A DNA stretch of 24,344 nt from a virus (lineage: Duplodnaviria > Caudoviricetes), in IMG/VR virus record IMGVR_UViG_3300020045_001486, positions 1 through 24,344 of that record, one strand, 5' to 3'. The position numbers and the translations under genes are program-made. The notes under the pieces were generated by a model that saw only the letters and a program-made list of their open reading frames with translations, had not been told where the DNA came from and ran no database searches. Shown piece by piece: positions 1-7,717 of the stretch (the first letter of the stretch is position 1; each line of letters begins with the position of its first letter).

Positions 1-1
1 G

Positions 2-652
2 TTCAATCGAGGTCACAGGGAAGAGGTTAGATTTCTTGAATGGTTAAGAGGAATTGGTTGTGTTGTGTCGGACGTTACTGAAGATGGTAAACAACACCGA
101 ATTAACGACGTTATGGGCCACTTTGGTGGATCGCTTGACGGTAAAGGGTATCTTCCGGCACATTATCGAATAGAAGAACAAATTTTATTTGAGTTCAAGA
201 CAAACGGAACTGGTCAAGGATTTAATAAACTAACTGAAAAAGGAATGATACTGAGCAAAGAGCAGCACTTTGCCCAAACTTGCACATACGGTTACAAAGA
301 AAGTTTGAATTATTGTGCATATTTAAACATTAATAAAAACGACGATACTATTCATTTGGAACTTGTCAAACTTAATCATAATATAGGCAAGCAAATGATC
401 GCTAAAGCCGAACAGATTATTTTATCACAAATTGCACCACCAAGACTTTCTGATAATCCAACATACTTTGGTTGTAAATTTTGTGGAATGGCCGAAGGTT
501 GTCACTTTGGGAAAGCTCCTGAACGAAATTGCCGCTCTTGTGTTAAGGCAATTCCAGTTGAAAATGCAGAATGGTTTTGTTCATTTCACAACTCAGTCAT
601 ACCTAAAGAATACATTCCAGTTGCTTGCGATAACTATGTTTCTATAGTGTAA
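2..652 (+). CDS. Cas4-like / PD-(D/E)xK phage exonuclease (5'-truncated by the window edge)
   Basis: The frame is open from nt 2 (FNRGHREEVRFLEWLRGIG...), upstream of the listed GTG at 65. Motifs: GH, GSLDG, EFKT, HFAQxxxY and a C-terminal CKFC-x5-C, as in Cas4/RecB-like nucleases. Lies directly upstream of the helicase. Confidence 0.8.
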   Translation, partial: FNRGHREEVRFLEWLRGIGCVVSDVTEDGKQHRINDVMGHFGGSLDGKGYLPAHYRIEEQILFEFKTNGTGQGFNKLTEKGMILSKEQHFAQTCTYGYKESLNYCAYLNINKNDDTIHLELVKLNHNIGKQMIAKAEQIILSQIAPPRLSDNPTYFGCKFCGMAEGCHFGKAPERNCRSCVKAIPVENAEWFCSFHNSVIPKEYIPVACDNYVSIV

Positions 653-654
653 TA

Positions 655-3354
655 ATGTATAAACCATACTACTTTCAAGAAGAAGCTATTTTTAGCATCT
701 TCGATTATTTTAGCTCAGGTAAACAAGGTAATCCAGTTATCTGTTGTCCAACAGGATGCCACGCCAAAGGAACTGAAATATTAATGTATGACGGCTCAAT
801 CAAAAAAGTCGAAGATATTATTATTGGCGATTTATTAATGGGACCGGATAGTAAATCAAGAAGAGTTTTAAATCTCGCCAGAGGTCGGCAAGAAATGAGA
901 AAAATAATACCAACTAAGGGTAAATCCTTTGTAGTGAATTTAGATCATAAAATATTTTCCAAAGTTATGTGTCAAAGTAATTCAAGAACATCTGAATCTT
1001 TTAAAGAACGAAACGAGGTTATAACAATACGAGAGTATGAAAACGGAACTAAATGGTATAAACATATTAGAAAATTACAAAGAACTAATGTAAATTTTAA
1101 AGAAAGAAATACAAAACTTGAATTTTGGCCTTGGTTTTTAGGTATATGTTTAGGTGATGGTTCTTTAAGTCATTCTTTCGGCATAACCACTGCTGACAAA
1201 GAGATAGTAGAAAGGATCACAGCCTATGCTTATAAAGCTGAGTGCCAAATACGAATAGCAGATAAGGGCGACAATAAAGCAAAAACTTACTTTATAACAG
1301 ATAAGGTATCAAATTGTGTCAATCCAAATAGGTTTGTAGGAGCTTTAACAAGATTAGGTTTATGGGGAACCAATTCTTCAAATAAATTTATACCTGATGA
1401 CTACAAACTAGGTAGTAAAGATACAAGATTAGGAATTTTAGCTGGATTACTCGATTCCGATGGTCATTTGGATAACTGTGGAGTTTTTGATTATATTTCC
1501 AAATCAAAACAATTGGCCGAAGACGTTGTTTTTATAGCTAGAAGTTTAGGTCTTGCTGCATATTTAAAAGAATGTGAAAAAACATGCACCAATAATGGAG
1601 TTAAAGGTAATTATTTTAGAGTGTGTATTTCTGGCGATTTATCTAAAATACCTTGTGTTATACCTAAAAAACAAGCTAGTATTAGGTTACAAAAGAAAAG
1701 TGTTTTGGTCACAGGGTTTAAAGTTGAAGTTCTTCCAGAAGATGATTTTTACGGATTTACTTTAACTGATGATCGTTTGTATTTAACATCTGATTTTATA
1801 ATTCATCACAATACAGGAAAAAGCCTTATTATAGCTGAGTTCATAAAGAGGGTTCTTCACAGTTGGCCTACTCAAAGAGTTATGATGTTGACCCATGTTT
1901 CGGAGTTAATCAAACAAAACTCTGAAAAGTTATTAACTCAGTGGCCTACAGCACCGCTCGGCATATATAGTGCTGGTTTAAATAGTCGTGAAAGTATCAT
2001 GCCTATTGTATTTGGCGGTATTCAATCAGTTGCAAAGACAATTAAGAAATCATTATCAAACGGTAACAACAAACCAGCTCATTTAAAACATTTCGGTTGG
2101 CGTGACTTGGTCTTGGTCGATGAAGCCCATCTCCTATCACCTAAAGAAGATACAATGTATCAATATGTTTTAGGTGAATTATTAAAGATTAATCCGTATT
2201 TAAAAGTGATTGGATTTACAGCTACACCATATCGTTTAAAGCAAGGAATGATAACAGACGATGGTTTATTTACAGACGTTTGTTATGACATAACAGGAAT
2301 AGACGCATTCAATCGACTTATTGCTGAAGGTTATATTTCACCACTCATTCCAAAGCGAACAGACATAACAATTGACGTTTCAAATATAGGTATAACCGGC
2401 GGCGATTTTAATAAAAAACAACTTGAAGCAGCGGTTGACAAAGACGAGGTTACTTATGCAGCGGTTAAAGAAATGGTGGAACAAGGTTTTGATAGACGTT
2501 CTTGGCTGATATTTGCATCTAGCGTATCGAATAGTGAACACATCGCGGCTATGCTGCAATCCTTCGGTATACATGCTGCTGCTACGCATTCAAAATTATC
2601 AGATGAAGATAATAACAAAAGAATTTCCGACTTTAAAAACGGATCTTTAAGAGCCCTTGTCAATAACAATAAATTAACCACCGGTTTTGATTGCCCACAG
2701 ATAGACATGATCGGAATGTTGAGGCCGACTTGCTCACCCGGTCTGTGGGTACAAATGCTCGGAAGGGGAACTAGACCTTGTGAAAATAAATCCAATTGCC
2801 TTGTACTTGATTTCGCCGGAAATACCAAAAGACTTGGCCCAATTAATGATCCAGTTAAGCCACGAAAAAAGGGAAAAGGAACTCCTGGTGATGCGCCAAT
2901 CCGAATTTGCGATAGCTGCGGAGTTTACAATCATGCTTCAGCAAGATTCTGTATCAACTGTGGAAAAGAGTTCTTGTTTGAAACGAAGTTATTTAAACAC
3001 GCAGGAACTGATCAGTTATTAAGATCGGACGCACCGATAGTTGAATACTTTGATGTTCAAAAAGTAATTTATAACTTACACGAAAAAAAGAACGCTGAAG
3101 GTACGTTACTTTCACCACCGATGATAAAAGTTAGTTACTTTTGCGGATTTCAGATGTATAATAAGTATGTATGTTTGGAACATCCTGGAGTGACTGGAAA
3201 GCAAGCAAGAGATTGGTGGCGGCAACATCATCACGAAGAACCACCACCAACAACACACGAAGCATTACAAAGAGTAAATGAATTGCGAATACCTAAACGT
3301 ATTCGTGTATGGGTCAATCGCAAATGGCCGGAAATCTTAAATATGGAGTATTAA
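655..3354 (+). CDS. Superfamily 2 DNA helicase (RadD/YejH/UvsW-like), intein-containing precursor of 899 aa (547 aa after splicing)
   Basis: Walker A PTG|TGKS is reconstituted after intein removal. Also DEAH (LVDEAH), motif III TAT (GFTATP), motif V (LTTGFDCP), motif VI (QMLGRGTR) and a C-terminal Zn ribbon CDSC-x10-CINC. Confidence 0.92.
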   Translation: MYKPYYFQEEAIFSIFDYFSSGKQGNPVICCPTGCHAKGTEILMYDGSIKKVEDIIIGDLLMGPDSKSRRVLNLARGRQEMRKIIPTKGKSFVVNLDHKIFSKVMCQSNSRTSESFKERNEVITIREYENGTKWYKHIRKLQRTNVNFKERNTKLEFWPWFLGICLGDGSLSHSFGITTADKEIVERITAYAYKAECQIRIADKGDNKAKTYFITDKVSNCVNPNRFVGALTRLGLWGTNSSNKFIPDDYKLGSKDTRLGILAGLLDSDGHLDNCGVFDYISKSKQLAEDVVFIARSLGLAAYLKECEKTCTNNGVKGNYFRVCISGDLSKIPCVIPKKQASIRLQKKSVLVTGFKVEVLPEDDFYGFTLTDDRLYLTSDFIIHHNTGKSLIIAEFIKRVLHSWPTQRVMMLTHVSELIKQNSEKLLTQWPTAPLGIYSAGLNSRESIMPIVFGGIQSVAKTIKKSLSNGNNKPAHLKHFGWRDLVLVDEAHLLSPKEDTMYQYVLGELLKINPYLKVIGFTATPYRLKQGMITDDGLFTDVCYDITGIDAFNRLIAEGYISPLIPKRTDITIDVSNIGITGGDFNKKQLEAAVDKDEVTYAAVKEMVEQGFDRRSWLIFASSVSNSEHIAAMLQSFGIHAAATHSKLSDEDNNKRISDFKNGSLRALVNNNKLTTGFDCPQIDMIGMLRPTCSPGLWVQMLGRGTRPCENKSNCLVLDFAGNTKRLGPINDPVKPRKKGKGTPGDAPIRICDSCGVYNHASARFCINCGKEFLFETKLFKHAGTDQLLRSDAPIVEYFDVQKVIYNLHEKKNAEGTLLSPPMIKVSYFCGFQMYNKYVCLEHPGVTGKQARDWWRQHHHEEPPPTTHEALQRVNELRIPKRIRVWVNRKWPEILNMEY
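757..1812 (+). mobile_element. Intein with LAGLIDADG homing endonuclease (352 aa) in the helicase Walker A motif
   Basis: Starts CHAKGTEILMYDG (block A), has block B VVNLDHKI, LAGLIDADG helices FLGICLGDG and LAGLLDSDG, and block F/G FYGFTL...IIHHN followed by Thr (+1). Confidence 0.93.
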
Positions 3355-3356
3355 AA

Positions 3357-3698
3357 ATGAGCGAAACCGATAACGATGATTGTTTAAAATGTGTTAAATG
3401 CGCTGAAGTTTGTCCTGACGAACCTCATGTATCAGCCAGAGGACTTGAATGGTTATCCTTTGCTGATTCGGTGATGGATCACGTTGAAAATTATACAGTT
3501 CCTCAATACGGTGATAAAGGTCAAGATAACGTATCTGAATGGTCTGCTGAAGAATGTTTTAAGCAGGTTGAAAAATATTTGAAACGTAGAAATTCAAATC
3601 AAAGACCTGGACAAAATAAGTTGGATATATTAAAGATGGCGCATTACCTTTGTTTAGCCGAATCAAAACTTGATGATAACCGACACGGTTTAGTTTAA
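3357..3698 (+). CDS. Small phage protein, DUF3310-like / nucleotide pyrophosphohydrolase-like helical protein
   Basis: The ATG at 3357, just after the helicase stop, is preferred to 3309. The pattern QYGD...KYxxR...G...DILKMAHY resembles the KYxxR..DLxKAxxY signature of DUF3310-type proteins. N-terminal CxxCxxCxxxC. Confidence 0.5.
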   Translation: MSETDNDDCLKCVKCAEVCPDEPHVSARGLEWLSFADSVMDHVENYTVPQYGDKGQDNVSEWSAEECFKQVEKYLKRRNSNQRPGQNKLDILKMAHYLCLAESKLDDNRHGLV

Positions 3699-3707
3699 GG
3701 GGAAGGA

Positions 3708-4769
3708 ATGGAAATTGAAAACGGAGTGGAATTACCAGTTGAAAAGAAGGTTAGAAAGCCAAGAGCAAGACGAGCTAAAAAAGGATTGAATCCTGCCGCT
3801 GGTTTGATATCAGCTTTGAAATTTATTCTTCCTGCTCAAAAGAAAGCTGGAACGGTCCAGCAGCAATATTGTTTTATCGGCAACGGCTGGCTGGTGGCAT
3901 CAAACGACACCTTAACCATCGCCACGCCGATTCAAGAGGATCTTTGTGCCTGCCCACACACTCACCTGTTACTTGAAGCCCTTTCCAATTGCACTACAGA
4001 GCTTCAAATAACCCAACTGAGCGAGTTTGTGCTGTCTGTTAAGTCTGACCCGTTCAGGGCGGAAATCCCCTGTGTTGCGGCAAATCAGCTTGTTCTCAGC
4101 GGCCCTGACGAACCTTTTGCATCCTGTGGGCAAAGTCTCAAGACTGCCTTGGAATCGGTCTATCACTTGGCTACTGATGGAGCGAGTGAAGCATTTTTGG
4201 CAGGTGTTTTGTTAAATGAAGTAACGGCAGTCAGCACAAACGGAAGCACTATTATTGAATATTGGCATGGTCAATATTCAAGCTTGCTTTCATATCTTAT
4301 TCCGAAAGTTGCTATTTCCGCTTTATCAAAATCAAATAAGGGTTTGATCGGTTGCGGATTAACCGATACTTCAATAACCTTTCATTTTGAAGACAGTTCG
4401 TTTATAAAATCTCAATTATTTAATGATAGGTTTCCAAGTTATTTACATTTATTCGAAAATGAATCAATAAATCCCTGGCCTGTTCCTGACGATTTCTTTA
4501 AGGCTTTGAAATCAATTGAACCCTTTACTACTGATGGAATTGTTCATTTTGTTGAAGGTGGGTTGGCGGCAAGTGAATCTGGAGAAACCTTTTACAAGAT
4601 CGAAGGTTTACCTTCAGGCTGGTCTTTTTTGATTAAACATCTGCTGTCAGTTGAACACGTTATGAAAACGGTTCATTTCGACAACGACTTAAACAAAATT
4701 ATTTTCTTTGGCAATAATGCTAGAGGAATTGTTTCAGCTATGGAAAGGCAAGAAGAAAGGAGGATATAA
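3708..4769 (+). CDS. DNA polymerase sliding clamp (Pol III beta-like)
   Basis: 353 aa with an RBS (GGGGAAGGA). Beta-clamp-like repeats 'LVASNDTLTI' and 'AVSTNG' (compare ATDG) and 'SQLFNDRFPSY' (compare RLIdG.FP.Y). Sits between helicase and polymerase, as in KL1/PA73-type replication modules. Confidence 0.7.
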   Translation: MEIENGVELPVEKKVRKPRARRAKKGLNPAAGLISALKFILPAQKKAGTVQQQYCFIGNGWLVASNDTLTIATPIQEDLCACPHTHLLLEALSNCTTELQITQLSEFVLSVKSDPFRAEIPCVAANQLVLSGPDEPFASCGQSLKTALESVYHLATDGASEAFLAGVLLNEVTAVSTNGSTIIEYWHGQYSSLLSYLIPKVAISALSKSNKGLIGCGLTDTSITFHFEDSSFIKSQLFNDRFPSYLHLFENESINPWPVPDDFFKALKSIEPFTTDGIVHFVEGGLAASESGETFYKIEGLPSGWSFLIKHLLSVEHVMKTVHFDNDLNKIIFFGNNARGIVSAMERQEERRI

Positions 4770-4771
4770 TA

Positions 4772-5011
4772 ATGATAATTTCAATTAAGAAAGGTCGATC
4801 TGATGTTTGGCCACCTTGGAATAGTCGAATCAGATTAAATGGAATAACAATTAATAATGTTATCTATGCAGACGATAGTAAAAAATTAATTGAAAGATAT
4901 GTTGTAGATTCCGAAGGTAAATACATTCTCAGTAAAATAAATGATCAGACTTTGACTGAAATAATTCACGGTGATGTTCAAATAATTCATGGTCTTGCTG
5001 ATAATGAATAA
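4772..5011 (+). CDS. Hypothetical protein (79 aa)
   Basis: Fills the gap between the clamp and polymerase genes with tight coupling and an AGGAGG RBS upstream. No recognisable motif. Confidence 0.6.
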   Translation: MIISIKKGRSDVWPPWNSRIRLNGITINNVIYADDSKKLIERYVVDSEGKYILSKINDQTLTEIIHGDVQIIHGLADNE

Positions 5012-6155
5012 ATCAATTGACTTCTATACCGACTCGGAACTGTTACAGGTTCCAGTCGGTACTGTTTTTGTATTCGATGTTGAATGTTACTGGAACTTCT
5101 TTTGTGTAGGTTTCAAAGATATTAGAAACGATAAGGTTGTGTTCTTTGAGCAATCGCCAGATTACAATTTAAATATTGAAAAGTTACGATGGATGCTGTG
5201 GCGTTTCTGTCTAGTAGGATTTAATTCAAGAAACTACGATATTCCTATAACATTACTTGCTTGTGAAGGTAAATCAGTTACTGAATTAAAAGAAATTACA
5301 AATGAAATTATTAAAAGCGAATTGAGAATTTATCAACTCGAAAAGAAATACAAATTAAATATTCCAAACTTAAATCACATTGACTTAATTGAAGTCTGTC
5401 CTTTAACAGCTTCTTTGAAAACTTACGCTGGCCGTCTGCATTGCCAGCGTATGCAAGATTTGCCTTATGATGAAGATTCACACTTGACACAAGAACAAGC
5501 TAAAGTCGTTAGAGAGTATAATATAAACGATCTTGATAATACCAAGTTAATTTTGTTAAATTTAAAAGATCAGCTTGGTTTGCGTGATCAAATGTCAGTT
5601 GAGTATAATCAAGATTTACGTTCAAAATCTGACGCACAAATAGCCGAAGCTGTTATTACAAAAGAAGTAGGTAGATTGACCGGTCATGCCCCAAAGAAAC
5701 CAATAATCAAAGAGGGAACAAGTTATAAATATAACATACCTAACTTTATTAATTATAATAATAGCATCTTGGTTAATATGTTGGATGTTATTAGAAATTC
5801 TAATTTTATTATTGGTAAAGACGGCTCTCCAAAACTACCTAAAGAAATCGAAGGACTTAAAATCAAAATAGGTAGTTCTGTTTATCGAATGGGGATAGGT
5901 GGGTTGCATAGTTCTGAAAAGAATATAGCTCATCTTGCCGATGAAAGTAACCTACTTATTGATCGAGATGTTGAATCATATTACCCGCGAATTATCATCA
6001 ATCAATGCCTTTTTCCTGCCCACATGGGCCTGGATTTCTTGTCTGTTTACGGTGATAATGGCCTGGTTGGAAAACGGGTCGGGGCCAAACGTCGAGGGAA
6101 GGAGATAAAAAAAGAAATTGAAAGATTGAAAAATCTCTTGAATGAACTTACCTAA
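5004..6155 (+). CDS. Family-B-like DNA polymerase, N-terminal part (3'-5' exonuclease, motif A, first fingers helix)
   Basis: ExoI FDVECY, ExoII GFNSRNYD, ExoIII YNINDL, GGLHS, and motif A DRDVESYYP. Ends RVGAKRRG plus a helical tail, before motif B. Start at ATG 5004 (overlapping the previous gene) is preferred to 4989. Confidence 0.88.
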   Translation: MNKSIDFYTDSELLQVPVGTVFVFDVECYWNFFCVGFKDIRNDKVVFFEQSPDYNLNIEKLRWMLWRFCLVGFNSRNYDIPITLLACEGKSVTELKEITNEIIKSELRIYQLEKKYKLNIPNLNHIDLIEVCPLTASLKTYAGRLHCQRMQDLPYDEDSHLTQEQAKVVREYNINDLDNTKLILLNLKDQLGLRDQMSVEYNQDLRSKSDAQIAEAVITKEVGRLTGHAPKKPIIKEGTSYKYNIPNFINYNNSILVNMLDVIRNSNFIIGKDGSPKLPKEIEGLKIKIGSSVYRMGIGGLHSSEKNIAHLADESNLLIDRDVESYYPRIIINQCLFPAHMGLDFLSVYGDNGLVGKRVGAKRRGKEIKKEIERLKNLLNELT

Positions 6156-6166
6156 TGTGCTATTTT
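6138..6166 (+). promoter_or_regulatory. Putative sigma70-type promoter for the endonuclease and the polymerase C-terminal gene
   Basis: TTGAAT (6138-6143), 17-nt spacer ending TGC, then TATTTT (6161-6166), i.e. an extended -10. The AT-rich context makes a chance match possible. Confidence 0.4.
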
Positions 6167-6190
6167 TATAAAAATTAAATTTTATAAAAA
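6163..6190 (+). repeat. Inverted repeat (11-bp stem, 6-nt loop) next to the endonuclease RBS
   Basis: TTTTTATAAAA-attaaa-TTTTATAAAAA, followed directly by GGTTCTT-ATG. Confidence 0.6.
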
Positions 6191-6197
6191 GGTTCTT

Positions 6198-6869
6198 ATG
6201 AAAAAATATCATCCTCGATTAAAAACAGTTCACGGTGTCAATGTTGTGAATCATCCTTTATATAACATTTGGACAAATATGCGTTATCGCTGTGAGGATG
6301 AAAATAATTCAGCTTATCATAACTATGGTGGTCGCGGTATAAAGGTTTGTGAAGAGTGGTCAAAATCCTTTGAATGTTTTGCTTTAGATATGGGGTTGCC
6401 GCCGACACCTGAACACACGTTAGACAGAAAAGATAATGATTTAGGATATAATAAAGAAAACTGTAGATGGGCTACAAGAACCGAACAATGTTTAAATAGA
6501 AGAACATTTAAAAATAATACAACCGGACAAACTGGAATTGTTAAAAAACAAAACGGTAAATTTATAGCTCGTTACGATAAAAATGGGAAAAGATATAATC
6601 TCGGATCGTTTAATACAATTGAAGAAGCCGTTTCCTATAGAACTAAGTTTTTAAAATTATTTGAAAGTAACAAAGAAGAAGCTCTTAAAATGACAGAACG
6701 TAGAGCTAGACTTGATTCACAAACAGGAATAAAAGGAATAACTAAAAATTCAGACGGATATTTAGTAAGAGTAACTTTACTAAATAAAACTAGAAAATAT
6801 TTAGGTTTTAGTAAAACATTAGAAGGCGCTATTGAAAAATTAAACGCCTTTGATGGTGAATATAAATGA
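6198..6869 (+). mobile_element. Free-standing HNH-family homing endonuclease with two C-terminal AP2-like DNA-binding domains
   Basis: YNIWxxMRxRC...YGGRGIKVCEEW...F...DMG...TLDRKDNDLGYNKENCRWATxxEQxxN (HNH-like), then two TG..GI...(F/Y)xxR...R.xLG.(F)xTxExA repeats. Its stop overlaps the ATG of the polymerase C-terminal ORF. Confidence 0.85.
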
Positions 6870-7717
6870 ATAAAATTGAAATAGAAAATAGGATTAAAGA
6901 GCTTGAAAAAGAACTCAAACAAGTTTCTGTAACAACTGATTCAATTAAAATTTCAGTTAACGGCTCCTTCGGCAAGCTAGGGAGCAAATATTCAGCCTTG
7001 TACGCCCCTGATTTGATGCTCCAAGTCACCATCACCGGCCAGCTTGCCCTGCTCATGCTGATAGAGCGTATCGAGTCTGTGGGCATCCCTGTAGTATCGG
7101 CCAATACCGATGGTATTGTAATGAAATGCCCGAAGGTTCGATACGACGAATTAAATTTAATTATCGAACAATGGGAAAATGATACGAACTTTAAAACAGA
7201 AGAAACACAATACAAAGCCGTTTATTCAAGAGACATTAATAATTACATTGCGGTTAAAACTGATGGCAAATGTAAGACAAAAGGCGCGTACAATAACCCT
7301 TGGAGTGATCATAAATCAGCAATTTTCAGATTCCATAAGAACCCACAAACGACAATATGTATCGAAGCTGTTGTTGAACTTATATCTAAAGGAAATGAAA
7401 TTGAAAAAACAATTAGCAATTGCAATGAAATTTCCAAATTTGTTGCAGTCAGAAATGTTAAAGGCGGTGCTGTTAAATCAGGAAAATATCTAGGTAAGGT
7501 TGTTCGTTGGTATTATGCAAAAGGCGAACAAGGGTACATCGAATATAAAGTCAATGGTAACAAAGTGCCAAAAAGTGACGGCGGGAAGCCTTGTATGGGC
7601 TTACCCGCCGAATTTCCTAACGATATTGATTATGATTGGTATATCAAAGAAGCTGAAGGAATCCTTTTTGATATAGGCTATTACAAAAAAGCCACTCCTG
7701 GTAAACTGTTCTTTTAA
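6866..7717 (+). CDS. Family-B-like DNA polymerase, C-terminal part (motif B, motif C, thumb)
   Basis: Motif B KISVNGSFGK, TITGQ, motif C SANTDG, RDINNY, KTKG and a C-terminal DIDYDWYI. Confidence 0.88.
   Translation: MNKIEIENRIKELEKELKQVSVTTDSIKISVNGSFGKLGSKYSALYAPDLMLQVTITGQLALLMLIERIESVGIPVVSANTDGIVMKCPKVRYDELNLIIEQWENDTNFKTEETQYKAVYSRDINNYIAVKTDGKCKTKGAYNNPWSDHKSAIFRFHKNPQTTICIEAVVELISKGNEIEKTISNCNEISKFVAVRNVKGGAVKSGKYLGKVVRWYYAKGEQGYIEYKVNGNKVPKSDGGKPCMGLPAEFPNDIDYDWYIKEAEGILFDIGYYKKATPGKLFF

Noticed and set aside
2-652. CRISPR-Cas locus suggested by the Cas4-like gene
   Set aside because: No repeat-spacer array or other cas genes were seen. The context is a phage replication module.
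3309-3356. Listed start at 3309 for the 129-aa ORF
   Set aside because: It overlaps the helicase end by 46 nt. The ATG at 3357, right after the helicase stop, is more plausible.
6100-6960. Group I intron or split intein in the DNA polymerase
   Set aside because: There are only 42 nt of AT-rich non-coding sequence and a direct overlap at the other end, so no intron core can fit. There is no Cys/Ser-initiated intein N-block and no His-Asn-(C/S/T) C-block on the fragments.
5004-7717. Polymerase pseudogene
   Set aside because: Both ORFs are intact with all exonuclease and polymerase motifs, and the second has its own coupled ATG.
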